DNA of 64,000 bases from Rhizaria sp. SCN 62-66 (Eukaryota), in contig MEDY01000011.1 in NCBI GenBank assembly GCA_001724265.1, forward strand, positions 62,001 through 126,000, written 5' to 3'. Shown in pieces: positions 24,723 to 37,657 of the stretch (position 1 is its first letter; each line of letters opens with the position of its first letter). The translations under genes and the position numbers were made by a program. Under the pieces are notes generated by a model. The model was given only the letters and a program-made list of their open reading frames with translations, was not told the origin of the DNA and ran no database searches.

Positions 24723-27361
24723 TCACTTCTTCTTCTTGTTGCGCTTCTTATTGTTGTTGCCGCCGCCGCCGCTGCCCGCGTCGCCGCCCTTCTTGGCCCC
24801 CGCGGCAGCGTCCTCGGCCGCCACAGGCGTCTCGCACTCGTCGGCCTCACCGTCCTCTGCAGTGGTCGTCGCCTCAGCAGCAGCAGCAGCGGCTGCGGCA
24901 GCGGCGGCGGCGTCGGCAGCGTCCTCGGCGTCGGCGTCGGCCTGGTTGTCGGCGAAAGGGGACTTGGCCCCCGCCTCGGCCCCGGCGTCAGCAGCAGAGG
25001 GGTCCGCAGCCACAGTAGTCGACTCGGGATCCGCCTCCGCCTTCTCGGCCTTAGCGTCAGCCTCGGGCTCAGCACCTTCGGCATCGGAGTCGGCATCCTC
25101 GGGGTTCTCGGCCTTAGTAGCAGCGGCCTTGCCTTCCATCGCCGCAGCGCCGACCGCGGCAGCCGCGGCGACACCGGCGGCCACAGCAGCAGCAGCAGTA
25201 GCAGCAGCGGGCTTGGCGGTCTTATCCTCGGCAGCAGCAGGAGCGGCAGCAGCGGCAGCGGGCTTGGAGGGTGTGACGACGAACGCGGCGCTCTTGGCCT
25301 CGGGTCCGGCGGCGGCGATGGCGGCCTCGGCCTCGGCCAGCACGGCCTCAGGGTCACGGTTGCGGCGCTGCAGCCAGCCGTGGTAGGGCGCGAAGCCCGC
25401 GAGCAGGCGCTCCTCGAGCTGGACCTTCTTCTCCTTGGCGACGGCCTGTGCCTCGGCGACGCGCTCACGCTCCTCGAGCAGGATGTCGCGGCGCAGCGCG
25501 GGCGCCATATGCTCCACGCACCCGTCGGCGTAGCACAGGTGGAACATGTCCACTGCGTTGAGGTCCAGCCACTTGGCCTGCAGCGCGCCCGCGGCCTTGA
25601 CGCGCGCGGCCGGGTTGACGTCGAGCATCGGCAGCAGGAAGGCGCACAGCTGCTCTGCGTCGCGCGGATGCGTGTGGTACTTCTCAGACAGCACGTTGAT
25701 CAGCGGCCACACCTCGAGCTTCTTAATCGCGTGCAGCTCGCCGCGCTTGTTGAAGTACTGCTTCGACTGAGTGCCCTCGGTCACGAGCTTCTTCGGCAGC
25801 GGACCCAGCAGTTCCATGATGAGCGCCAGGTGGTCCTCGTTGCGCGAGTGGCGGCCCGGGTCCGCCTTGGGGTCGAACAGGTAGTCACCGGTCAGCAGCT
25901 CGAACACGATGCACGCCACGGACCAGATGTCGATCGACGTGCAGTAGTCGGCGCCGACGATCACCTCGGGCGCGCGGTACTGCCGCGTCGTAACGTCCGA
26001 CGTGAAGTGCCTATCTGTCCAGCACCCGTTGCCCAAGTCCGCGATCTTGATCGAGTAGCGCTCGATCGCGCGCTCCAGCGGTGACAGCTGCGCGAACGCC
26101 GCCTCGCGCGCGCGCCGCCGCTCGTCCCACGGCATCTGGCCGGGAATCTCCTCATCCTCCAGCGCGGCCAGCGCGGCGGCGGCGCTGGTTGAGTCCGCAG
26201 CGTCCTTGGCGCTGTTGCTGCCGTTGCCGTCGGCGTCGTCCCCCTTGGCCACGACGGCGGCGGCGGCGGCGGTGGCGGCGGCGTCGGCCTCGGCGGCCGC
26301 GGCGGCGTCTGCGCTGCCGCTGAAGAGGTCCCCGTCGATGTCGTCGATGTCGTCGTCCGCGGCGGCCTGGTCGCGCTTGCGCTCTTGCGCGCGCAGCCGC
26401 TTCTTCTGCGCCTTGGACAGCTGCCCGCCGGCGCCTGGCACGTTGGTGGGCGCGTCGGGGAACGCGGGCCGGAGGCCCGCCAGCACGGCCTCGCCCGTCT
26501 TGCGCGCGGCCTCGGCCTTGGCGGCCTCCTGCGCGACGACGCGGCGGCGGCGGAACTGGACCTCCTCCAGGTCCAGCGGCTGCGACAACATCATGAAGTT
26601 CTCGGGCTTGAGGTCGGTGTGGATGATACGGCAGCGCGAGTGCATGAAGTCCAGCCCCTCGAGCAGCTGGCGCGCCACGATCTTGACGATGAAGGGCGGG
26701 ATGCCGTGGTAGTTGTAGCGCTTGATCAGCGAGAGCAGGTTCTGCCCCATGGTCTCGAACACCAGGCACACGTGCTTGCCGTGCGGGCCGTGGGCGATGA
26801 AGTGGTCCAGCAGGTGCACCACGTACGCCGCGCCAGGGAACTCGCCGCGCGCGCCCTCGCGCCGCAGCTGATTCAGCAGGTCGATCTCGTCCAGCGCGGC
26901 CTCGGTGTAGTGCTGCGCAGACTTCTGGACCTTGATGGCGACGAGCTTGTGCGGGTGGTCGGCCGGCACAGCGGCGTCGGTGGCGAGCCACACGGTCGAG
27001 AAGTGGCCCCACCCGAGTTTGCGCTCGATCGTGTACCGGTCGTTGTACACCTCGCCGACCTTGACCGGGTGGTAGCCACCTGTAGGGCGCGCGCGGGTGC
27101 AGGGCGCAGAGGGGAAAGCCGGGAGAGAGAGTGAGCACGGGCACGTGATAGGGGCGCAAAGCAAGGAGAGAGGGTCACGAAAAGCAAGATATGTAGACAG
27201 AATGGGCGAGAATACACGCGGATATACGATGCGGGGAAAGACATACCCTTGGTGTAGGAGGTGAGGTCTTCCTCGCCCCCCGCGGAGTCGGCGTCGTCGA
27301 CCTTGGGCGGCGCCTGCGCCGGGGCGGCCTTGCCCTTGTTGTTCTTGCTGCCTTTGCTCAT
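24723..27361 (-). CDS. SRPK: SR-protein kinase (SRPK family, CMGC), 823 aa; exons 27361-27247, 27079-24723
   Basis: GGYHPV, KLGWGHFSTVWL, KVQKSAQHYTEAALDEI, IIHTDLKPEN, spacer insert, KIADLGNGCW, TRQYRAPEVI, GDYLFDP, EDHLALIMELLG. A phase-1 intron GTATGT..CAG restores SYTKGGYHPV. The C-terminus is basic and NLS-like. Confidence 0.95.
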
Positions 27362-28429
27362 CCTGGTGGCGTGAGCGCGGAAGGCCGCTGCGCAACGGGA
27401 CGTGGGTTCGGGAAGGTGTAAAACAAGGGGAAAAGAGACGAGAACATGTGAGGAAATGATACCAGCGGTCATCATGCAAGGGGACAAACGGCGCGCGGGG
27501 CGCGTAGAAGCAGATGTGACAGCACGAGCCAACAGCTCTTACGGGTGGGGAACAGCTCTAAAATTGGCAAGAAATAGCGGGGATCATCGACACTGACGCG
27601 CGCTAACAGTGTCATCAGTCAGGACAATACAAGTGACATGCAGTATAATATTTTAGATACAAATATCCTGCATCTAGCATCCTCAAATGACCACCCGCGG
27701 TTGCGATCGGTCATCGAGAAAAAATTCAAACCCCCCATTTTTTACGAACCGGATCCCACCCCACCACAAACTCTCTCTCGACCTACTTTTCACAGGCATA
27801 CACCACTTTTCTCAACTCAAACAAATTCGTCCTTTCGATTATACATAAATGCAATAGTAATAATATTATTTTCGATTATATATAGCTTGTATCCACTTGA
27901 AGCAGCAATATATCGACTTGAACGTACTTAACATCGGTGAAGGCGAGCTTCGAGTTGCGATGCGTGGGGTGATGTTATGATGTTGAGACGTCCAGTGTTC
28001 TGCTGTAAGCGCAGCCATAAGGTTAGCCACAGAGCTAAGGGTATTCGAAAAGCCAAGCGCTGTGCTGTGGTACGCAGGGATCATGCTCTTCAGTTATCTT
28101 TAACACTTCATCAAACCTCTATTGTCACGAAGACGCTTCCACTTGAAGCATCGGTGCTCACGGTCACATCATGCAACATCATTGTCAGCACATTAGTTGG
28201 TCAATAAACACACTGTTTAATTGCTTTCCAACAAATACCATTCAATATCACGTAAAATTCGTGTGTGTATGTAACCATTTGTAGTGCGACTTCAAGTCGA
28301 AGCGAGCGCAACAAACGTTTAAGCTAAATAACACGCGGTAGGTCAGCGTGTTGGAGCTAGACCGTACCACAATAAATAAAATTGAAGTTCACAGTATACT
28401 AATCGAAGGACGCAATCGCCACGGGCGGC

Positions 28430-29224
28430 TTAGGCAGAGGCTGCGATCGTCGCCTTCGTCTTGCTTGCCGTCTTGGCTTTCTCTGGTGGCCCAGTGATGA
28501 TCCAGCTATTCACAGTCTTCGTGCTCCCAGTCACAGTCTCACTGCTACTGCTCGCGGCCACGACGACGGGCTCAAGCAGACGCGCCAGAGCAGCCGCATC
28601 CACACTCTTGCTCGCGTTCACGCCAGCGCTAGCATCGGCTGCCGCAGTCTTGGCTGTTGCGCGCCTGGCGCTGGTTTTCTTGGTCACAGCCAGCACCGCC
28701 GCGCCCACGGTCGCTGCATCGGCAGAGTCGCCGGCGCTCGCAGCGGTCTCTGCGTCCACAGCAGCAGTGCTAGGGGCAGCAGCCGCAGCCGCAGCCTTGG
28801 GCTTCCGCCCCCGCTTCGCAGCGACCTTCACGGCGGTGGTCCCAGTCTCAGTCTCAGCAACAGTCGCCATAGCGGATACCGTGGCTACGGCGTCGAGCAC
28901 GGGCGCGACAGCCCCGTTGACGGCGGCGGCGACGGCCGCGCGCGCTGGCGGCGTCGCCATAAACGGCGTCCTCGCAGTCTTGGCGACAGATACGGTCTTT
29001 GCAGTCTTCGTCTTCGTGGCAGTTGCAGCCGCGACCGCAGTCTCAGTCGCAATCAGGGTCGCAGCCACCTGTGCAGTCGTGGGAATAGTCTTGAGCTTCG
29101 CAGCCTTCTTTGCAGCAGGAGCAGCAGCAATATGAGCAGTCGCCGCAGCAGCAGCGTTGATGATAACACTAGAGGCAGTTGCAGCAGCGACAGCCTTGTC
29201 CTTGGTGCTCGTCTTAGTAGTAGT

Positions 29225-29279
<55 letters not shown>

Positions 29280-32200
29280 GCGCGCGAGTTGGTGGCAAAC
29301 ATCACATCCGCCTCTGCGGCCGCAGCTTCGCGCACCGTAGGCGCCGAGTACAGCGGTAAGTTAATCCGCGCCTCACGCGCAAGTTGCGCGGAGAAAGAGA
29401 AGAGGCCGTAGTCGTCAAGCACCGATTGAGACTGTGCGAGGTCGGTGCCGCTAAAGAGAGGAAACGCAAGTTACAAGACAAAGCCTATGTCAGTGATGTG
29501 TAAAAAAACCGACGAGATACTTAGCGAACACGGAGGAGATATAATTAAATCTACAAAATTAAAGTTTAATGTAACGTTGTTTCATCATTAAATCAAGTTA
29601 TAGTATCGTAAAATAAATGTACGGACCGGTAGATGAAGTTGCGCGGGTTGGGGATGTCCTCGCCGCCGGCGCCGCTGCCTGCGAGCCGGACCAGCACGCG
29701 CGACGTCACCAGCTGCCGCAGCTGCGTCAGCAGCGCCGCCGCCACGGCGCGCTTGGCGGGCCAGGCCGGCAGGTCGGCCCACTGAGGCGGGTCACCGCTC
29801 GCAGCCCCAGCCCCAGTCGCATCATTCGCATCAGCCTCGGCCGAGGCAACGTTTGCCTCGTCAAGGAACGCGACGCTGGCCTTGCCCTTGCCCTTCTTGG
29901 CTGCCGTCTTGGCCTTGGCCTTGGTCTTCGCCGCGGCGGGCTTACCCTCCCACGGCCTGCCGACGGCGGCCGCGTCCTTCTCCTCGGCGGCCAGCACGCT
30001 GCGCAAGTACCCCTCGGTCTCGCCCACGGTAATCCCCACGGCCCGCCCAGCCGCGACGACCGCGGCAGCGAGCGGACCCGCGGGGTGCGCAGCGAACGCA
30101 CGCGCGACGGCGGCGGCGGAGACGGCCCCGCACGATGTCACCCCGGGCACGTTGTCCGACACGTCGCCCAGCAGCGAGAGGTAGAGCTCGAAGCCCCGCG
30201 GGGGGACGCCGTACTCGCGCTCCAGCAGCGCAGGCGTCAGGTACGTCACCGCGTCGCCACCGCCGAGCCCGCCGCCGGTCTTGCCGCTGCCGGTGGCGGA
30301 GGCCGGGGCAACGGTGGCGCCGGGGCGGAGCAGCGTGGTGTGCGGCGACACGAGCTGCGCGAAGTCTTTGTCGTAGGACAGAATGTATACGTGGTCAATC
30401 AGCGGCGGCTGCGCCAGCGCGTCCGCGAGCGTCAGCGCGTAGCCCACGGCGTTGCGCGCGGACGCGGGCTCAGCGGCCAGAGAGGCGCTGTCGCCGCGGC
30501 GGTGTGCGTGGGCGTACTGCGCCGTCAGCTCGGCCGCGAACACCGCCAGCGCGCGCTGCTCACAGTCACTTTCGCTGCCGCCCGCACTCGCAGTCGCTAT
30601 AGAGGGGTTTGCGGTGAGGGCGCGGGCGGCGCGAGCGAGTGTGAACTGCGAGGGGATGGCCAAGTCAAGCCGCGTCAGAGGGTCCTGCGCGAGGTAGCGG
30701 AAGTAAAGCCGCATTGGGCTCGATGACTCAGCAGAGCGCACGCGCGCGCGCCGGTCCGCGTTGTACGTGTCGGGTGCAGAGCCCATGGCCGGCACGTACA
30801 CAGGGCCATCAGCAGCGTCATTGAGAAAGCCAGAATTAGAGTCAACTATCTGGGTCTCAGACACAGTTGGGGGTATCAGAATGGCGCTGTTGTCGGAGTG
30901 ACTGTGAGAGGCGCCCCAGTGCGCCTGAGCGCCGGGGCTGTTGGGGAAGAAGCTGCTGTCGTCGCAGTCGTCAATGTCCAAGAAATCACCGCCACCACCA
31001 GCGTCGCCGCTGTCGCCGCTGTTACAGTTGTTGTAGTCAACGCTGTCATCGAACGCTCCGGAGCCTCGCACTACAGCAGTTGCCGTCTTGCTACCGGCCT
31101 TGCCACTGCTCTTGCCGCCCCTGCCCACAGTCACCCCCGCCCCCGCCGCCCCCGCCGCCGCCGCCGCAGCGCCCGCGTCGTTGCCCAGGAACTGTTTCAG
31201 CAGCTTCGAGTTGCGCAGAGGCGTCTCACTGCCAACCGTGCACGTACTCGCACTAGCATTCGCGCTAACTTTCGCGTTGGCAGCTTGTGCGCTGGTGGTG
31301 GTGGTGCTACTGCTAGGGACGCTTGTGTTGTGCTTATTGTTGTTCGCGTAGCCGAGTCCCTTGCCCTTGACGGCGTTGACCTCCCACCGCGTCAGGGGCC
31401 GGCCCCTCGCTGTCTCACCCTGACCGTGGGCTTGCTGACTCAGCAGGTAACCGTGGGCGAGTCGGGCCAGATCGGGCGCGGCGACCGTGGGCCGCGAGGG
31501 CACCACGGCCCTGAGCGAGGGCTCCCCGTGCGCCGCGGCGTCGCGCGCAGCCACCGCGGCCGCCGGAGACGGAAACGGGCGCGGGGACGTCACGAACGGC
31601 CACTGCTTCGGCCACGGGAAAGGGAATGCGAGCGGGGACCCCACGGCGCGGGCCGCCGGGGACGGGGCCTTGGGCGGGGACACTGGCTTCGTGGTGGCAG
31701 TTGTAGTTGCAGTTGCAGTCGTGGCAGTGTTGGCGTGGTCGGGTTCGCTGTCAGCGAGCTTGATCTTACTAATCTTGCTCTTCGCAGTCGCATCCTTCGT
31801 CTTCGAGGTGTTTCGAGTGGCTAAAACGGGGGGCGCAGTGCTGACGTCATCAGTGAAGCCTAGGTCGTCGACGAAGTTAAGCCGCTCCTTACCACTTACA
31901 CCGGTGCCCACAGCAACAGCCGTGTCATTCATCGAGATATCGGCGTCCACAAAGTCATCATACCCGTGAATGTCAGCGTTATCACCATATCCGTCGTCGT
32001 CGGCGTCATAATCGTCGTGTTCATTGTGGGGCGCAAAGTAACTCAACTTGCTTTGGGCTTGATTCGACAACGCCACACCTTTACTGCCGTCATTAATATC
32101 ACTCGCCGTGACCGCAGTATTCGAGACAGCGGCGAGGGCCCTCGCGGCGGCCGCGGCGCCGGGGCAGGCGGGTAGTGCATCCGCCTTGTGCGGCAGCGCC

Positions 32201-32820
32201 AGCAGTGCGCTTTCGCCGGGCGGCAGCGAGGCCAGCAGAAACACGTTGCAGTCTGCCACCGCGGCCAGCGCAAAGCGCGCGTGCGCCTCCGCGGTCGGCG
32301 CCGCGATAGCAGCACTCGACGCCGCCGCTGACTGCGACTGAGACTGGGACTGAGACTGTTGAGTGACCGTGAGCGCGGCGATGGGGGACCACCGCGGGTC
32401 GCCCCGGGCGGCGAAGCGCTCGCGGTCGCCCTCGACGCGGTGGCAGAGGTCCGCGATGACGTCGTCGGCCTCCCAGCCGGGTGGCGCCGTGACGACCGGG
32501 ATGCCGAGCGCGGCCACCACGTCCGCGATCTGCCGCAACTGCCACACCAGGTCGTCGCTGGGGCTCGCGCGCGTGGCCTTGTACTCGGCGAAGATCTCGC
32601 GGCGGCCCTGGCGCGAGGACGGCGAGTCGAGGCACACCACCACGTGCGTCGGCTGCAGCTCCTTGGCGTACTTAGCGAGCGTTTTGCACAGCCCGGAGAG
32701 GCCGGAGACCGTGCGGCCGTCGCCGGGCCGCTGCAGTGGGCGCTTCACCTGCGCGAAGTGGTGGCGGAACACGATGGACATCGCGTCCACCACGAGCAGC
32801 TTCGTCCTCACCACGCTCAT
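28430..32820 (-). CDS. Standalone Pol I-type 5'-3' exonuclease (FEN-like PIN + H3TH) with a large insertion and an Ala/Lys/Thr-rich tail, 1404 aa; exons 32820-29627, 29450-28430
   Basis: LLVVDAMSIVFR, VVCLD, RREIFAEYKATR, EADDVIA, SYDKDFAQLV, EYGVPP, LLGDVSDNVPGV..CG. A phase-2 intron GTCCGT..TAG joins ORFs 29593..32820 and 28430..29422. No polymerase domain is seen. Confidence 0.88.
29225..29278. repeat. (AGC)18 perfect trinucleotide repeat encoding poly-Ala on the minus strand
   Basis: 54 nt of uninterrupted AGC inside exon 2 of the exonuclease gene. Confidence 0.92.
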
Positions 32821-33700
32821 CGGGGGCGAGAGTCTGGAAGCGGGGAGGCGGGGCTGGGGGTGTGGGGGGCGAAGTGCCGAGCGCGAGAGCGAAGGAGCGA
32901 AAACACTGCGTTGATGCGCGTAGAGTGGATATGAAGATGAGTTAATGCGTGAACAAATAAAAAAGTTTGGTTAAACAAGCGGGCTTGAGCCGTGCTACTA
33001 TTGACGGAAGTTGGAGAGAGTTATGTCCGGTTAACTTAAAGGCCGGAGGGCGCCAACTAAGCGCGCGGACCGTGACGCTATAGGAGTCGGCAGAAGGAAC
33101 AAGTATAGCCAAATCCACTACTAACGTTTGACCTAATAGAACAGACTCGTTTGACTGACGCATCACGATATTACACGTGCTCCAAGTTATTATACCATGC
33201 AAAGCTCGTGTTCAGGTGCTAGTGGAGTCGAAGAACTTGCGCGAGGACGAACATGGATAGCGAGATAGTGGCAACCATAAAACTCACATGAAGAAATATG
33301 AAGCTGGCTAAATATAAATTAAGATGAAGTCAGACATATCTAAGTTTTACCACTCCAGCCCCTAATCTCCTCGATATATCCTTTCAATCCCACTCGATCC
33401 CATGGCTCGAAGCTTTTGTGGCTCTTCGAGGGCAAGAGGGTCCAGCTGATCAAACAGATGAGTATCTCACTGCACTGGCCGTTAATGAAACTATCAGCAA
33501 ATGATTTGAACAGTATATATGTCTTTCTGTATTTATACGTAATTAAACTTTTAGAAAACGTTATCTCACCTCATGTATCCTTCAACATGACATGCCCGTT
33601 ATCTTCTCCCAGCCGTTCAGCCCACCCCCCACACAACCCCACCAACCACACCCCTCGTCACAACACACCGCCCGTACCACTCTTCTCGCCGGCCCCCCGC

Positions 33701-35224
33701 ATGTACGCGTACCCGTACCAGTCCAACCCGTCGTGGCGCGACGTGACGCCGCTGCCAGAGCCCGAGTTCTCGGCCTCGGTGGTCCGCATCGCCGCCCCGC
33801 CCAAGTTCACGGAGACGCTGGCCTACTTCCGCGCCATCGTCGCCGCGGACGAGCTCTCGCCGCGCGCGCTGGCGCTTACGGCGGACGTCATCGAGCTCAA
33901 CCCGGCCAACTACACGGCCTGGCAGTACCGTCTCCGCTGCATCACCGCGCTTAACGCCTCGCTAACTGAGGAGCTAGCCTTCACGCTTGCCGTCGCCGAG
34001 GAGAACCCCAAGTGCTACCAGGTATGGCAGCACCGCCGCGCCGTCACGGCACTCATCGGCGCCGCCGGGGATGAGCTGGCGGCCACGGCGCGGTACCTCC
34101 GCGAGGACACCAAGAACTACCACGCGTGGTCTTATCGCCAGTGGCTGCTGCGCGCCTTTGGCAACGCCACGCTCTGGACCGCGGACCTGCGCGACACGGC
34201 GGACCTCCTCGTCGCGCTTGACGTGCGCAACAACTCGCTCTGGAACCAGCGCGCGTTCCTGCTTACCCGCTGCTTCCCGGGCGCGCTCTCGGTGCCCGCC
34301 GTCGTCCGCGCCGAAGTCAAGTTCACCCTCGCGTGCATCCACCGCGCCGCGCTCAACGAGTCTGCGTGGGTGTATCTCGACGGGCTCGTGCGCGCGCCCG
34401 GCTTCCGCGACTGGCGGCCCGTCGCGCGCGCCGCGCTGGCGGCCTCGGCGCAGCCCGCGCTTGGTGTCCGCGCCCCGCACAAGCGTGTCGCGCACGACAT
34501 CCCCGTCCCGCCCCCACAGTCTACTGCAGCACAATCAAACGCACAGTCAAACAGTGCCAACGGCGGCGCTGGCCCGACTAGCGCTGAGGTGGGGCGGCCG
34601 CCGTGCAACCGGTACGCGCACGCGACGCTGCTGGAGCTGCTGCTGAGCCCCAGGTGCCCCGCGCTGGATCTGGCCGCGCTGGCGTCGGAGAGCGGCGGCG
34701 CGGCCGTGGAGCTGACCTTCCCGGGCGCGGGCTTCGCCGGCCCCGCAGACTGCGACCGCGACGCGACGGCCGCCGAGGTCGCCGCCATCTACTGCAGCGA
34801 CAGCGCCGCAGCTGATACTGCTGATCCTACTGCTGCTGCGGCTGCTGCCGCGGCTGCGCTGTCTGCGCGCGTGGCGGCGGCGGCCGCGCTGGAGCCCGCG
34901 CCGGCCGCGGCGGCGCCGGGGCTGCCCGCGCTGGCGTTGCTGTCGCGCGCGCTGGAGCAGTGCGACGCTTTGTCCGCGGGCGACTCGGTGCGCGCGCGCT
35001 ACTGGGCGTACCGCCGCGCACAGATTGCGGCCGTCGCGGCGGCCGAAAGGGCCGGCTTCGCGCGCGCGCCCGCGGACGGGGCCGAGAGGGCCGCGGCAGA
35101 CTGGGCGCGCGCCGAGGCCGAGGCTAAGGCCGAGGCCGAGGCGGACATGACCAGCGACGACGACGACGGCGGCGCCGAGGGCGGGGACATCACCGCGGAT
35201 GACTCAGAGGAGGAGGCCAAGTGA
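33701..35224 (+). CDS. FNTA: Protein farnesyltransferase/geranylgeranyltransferase-I alpha subunit, about 507 aa
   Basis: WRDVTPLP, YFRAIV..DELSPRAL.LT.DVI.LNPANYTAWQYR, NPKCYQVWQHRR, KNYHAWSYRQW, DVRNNSLWNQR, NESAWVYL (PPTA repeats) and C-terminal DSVRARYW. The ORF-track extension upstream of 33701 is AT-rich and looks non-coding. Confidence 0.93.
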   Translation: MYAYPYQSNPSWRDVTPLPEPEFSASVVRIAAPPKFTETLAYFRAIVAADELSPRALALTADVIELNPANYTAWQYRLRCITALNASLTEELAFTLAVAEENPKCYQVWQHRRAVTALIGAAGDELAATARYLREDTKNYHAWSYRQWLLRAFGNATLWTADLRDTADLLVALDVRNNSLWNQRAFLLTRCFPGALSVPAVVRAEVKFTLACIHRAALNESAWVYLDGLVRAPGFRDWRPVARAALAASAQPALGVRAPHKRVAHDIPVPPPQSTAAQSNAQSNSANGGAGPTSAEVGRPPCNRYAHATLLELLLSPRCPALDLAALASESGGAAVELTFPGAGFAGPADCDRDATAAEVAAIYCSDSAAADTADPTAAAAAAAAALSARVAAAAALEPAPAAAAPGLPALALLSRALEQCDALSAGDSVRARYWAYRRAQIAAVAAAERAGFARAPADGAERAAADWARAEAEAKAEAEADMTSDDDDGGAEGGDITADDSEEEAK

Positions 35225-35483
35225 ACGGAAGCAAGGTTTATAGAGATGTGAAACAGTGGTTTGTTTTGCTGAATGTTTGTTGATGATGGCCATAATTTAA
35301 CGCCATTGAATAAAGAAAGTACGTTTTGCAATCATGAAAAGCTATGTATAAAGTTTGAGACAAAGTCCTTGCGTTGCTCATTATTGGCCTTGACTTGACC
35401 TGCCATGTGAAGCATCATCACTGTTTGGCTACAAATTACCAAAGCGCTGCACTGCACGAGTGCAATATAGCTCAAACTGCTGC

Positions 35484-37114
35484 TCAGACGCCGCCGCCGA
35501 CGCCGATGGTGATATTGCGTCCGCGCGCGGCGGCGTAGGCCTGCGGCCGCGCGTAGGCCGCCTTGCCGTTGGCCACGGCGCGCGCCGCCTTGGTCCCCGC
35601 GCTCTCCAGCACGCGCGCCTTAACAGCGTCGCGCGCCAGCCCGCCCACGGTCGCTTTGTCCACAGACGCGGTCGCGGTGGCAGGACGGCTGCCCACAGCC
35701 GCCCCGCTGCGGCTGCCAGTGCTGCCCACAGTCGCCGCGCGCTTCACAGGGCCGCTATTGCCAATACTACTGTGGGCGCCGGCGTTGGCCTCGTTGCCGC
35801 GCGCGGAGATGGTCAGCGGCGCCCGCGCTGAGCCCAACACCTGCTCGCTCTCGCTGGGGCCTGTAATCACGGTCACTCCGCTCCTTTGCTTTTGTTGTTG
35901 GCTGCCACCGACGCCGCGGTGGGCTGTGACGTTGACACCTGCGGCCACGCCTGCAGTCAACGTCGCGCCTGCGGCCGCACCAACGCCCACGCGCACCAGC
36001 GGTAGCGGCGGCACTGCGGCGCCCTTGCCCGCAGCCCTGCTATCCGCAGCAGCGCCGCTGGCGGCCGTCGCGCCAGCCGTCGCAGCGCCCATCAGCGCGC
36101 CCTGCGCGGCGCCGTCTGCAGCCCACTCGTCGTGCGCGGCGCTAACCTGGCGCGCGCGGGCGCGGTACGGCGTGCGCAGCTGCCCGTGGGCGTCGTAATC
36201 GGCCGGGAAGGAGCCGCGCCGGCAGTCTGTCCCGCCGACCGTGTGCGAGGCGTGGTCCACAGTCTTGACGCGTACCGCGTTGGCGACGCGCCGCGCCGCC
36301 GCCTCGGCCGCGGCCGTGGGGCCAAGCCCGTGGCCGTGGACGATGAGCCCCTTGGCGGCGGCCAGCTGCGCCTCAGCGTCGGCGAGCATCGCGCGCAGCG
36401 ACGCCGCCTCGATCTCGCGGGCCTCGGCGTCGCGCGCGCAGCTCTCGACGACCTGCTCCAGCTCGGCCCGCCGCGCCTGCTCGGCCGCCAGCGCGCGCGT
36501 CGCCACAGCTACGTCCTCGCGCAGCGCTTCGTTCTCCGCCTGCGCCGCCAGCACGCGCGCGGCAAGGATGCGCTCGCGGTCAGGCATCGCGGCCACGGCG
36601 TCACGCGCCTTGAGAGCGGCCTCGGTCTCGGCCAGGACGCGTCGCGTGTCGGCCAGCTCGGCCGTTTGTGCGCGCGCGGCGGCAACTTCGGCGGCCAACT
36701 TGACCTCGTCGGCGAGGCGCGTTGTCAGGCCGTCGACCGTGCTCTGTTGCGAGAGGGGAAGAGAAAGCGAGGAGGACAGGGTAGTGTGAATGAGCGGAGT
36801 TGCATGAGAAATGATTCGTTCCTGGAGCAAATAGAAACGTGGGTGTCTTGTTCGCGGCGTACCTTGAGGTCGTTGTTCGAGTTGATGGCGGCGTGGTGTG
36901 CCTCGACCTCGGCGTCGAGCGCGGCGCGCAGGGCGTCGCACTCATCTTCGAGCTGTCGGGCGTGCTTGTCGAAGCGCCGGCGCATCTCGCTGAGCTCGGG
37001 ACACTCCTTCGTGCGGTTCTCGGAGAGCATGGAACGAGTCAACTCGGCGATGTTCATGTGCTGCCGAACCGCGGTCAGAGTGCCGCGGTTGGCCTCTAGT
37101 TGGGCTTGTAACAT
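35484..37114 (-). CDS. Coiled-coil protein of unknown function, about 503 aa; exons 37114-36863, 36743-35484
   Basis: A phase-0 intron GTACGC..CAG joins two ORF-track frames. Heptad-like E/A/L/R-rich N-terminal half and low-complexity C-terminal half. The frame stays open upstream to an acceptor-like CTTAG near 37167, so the true start may lie further upstream. Confidence 0.65.
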
Positions 37115-37657
37115 CGTCCTTCTTGCGACGGGTGTGAAGACGGTTTCTTTGGCCTGTGTAGGAACCTAAGGACAAAACAGAAAGAAGGGTTTCAAAATAT
37201 TATAAGTATAAAAACTTGTTAATGGCTTTAAAATAGACTCAAAAATCAATTTGACGATGGGAGTATAGATATCCAGATGATGTTTCATCTCGACTCGACT
37301 GATCAAGTCGTCCAACGGCTCTACCTGCACACGACCGAGTGGTTCGCAAAAAAGGGGATCACGAAATTCATAACCGACCGAGAAGTTTAAAAAGGCGACC
37401 TCTGTATGGACTCAGTGATCGTCTATAGGAATCGATATGATGCAATTTGAACTCTCTCTTGCACATCAAATGTGTTTTATTTCGGAATTGTCGCACCCAC
37501 CACACCGTTGTCCTTATATCGACCCCGCTTTTGTTCGTGCGGCATCCAACGCTCGCGACCCGAACCACCCATCTTACTTTTCTTCTCCTTGCCCTGATTC
37601 CATTTTCATTTGAATTACCATATCCCCCTCGAACACATGTTCGAGTAGTTTGACCTA

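Noticed and set aside
33416-33700. N-terminal extension of the FNTA ORF; similar non-ATG extensions occur on ORFs 42006..44936, 46799..47761 and 61474..63408
   Set aside because: Artefacts of TTG/GTG starts or intron read-through; the sequence is AT- or pyrimidine-rich and upstream of the homologous start.
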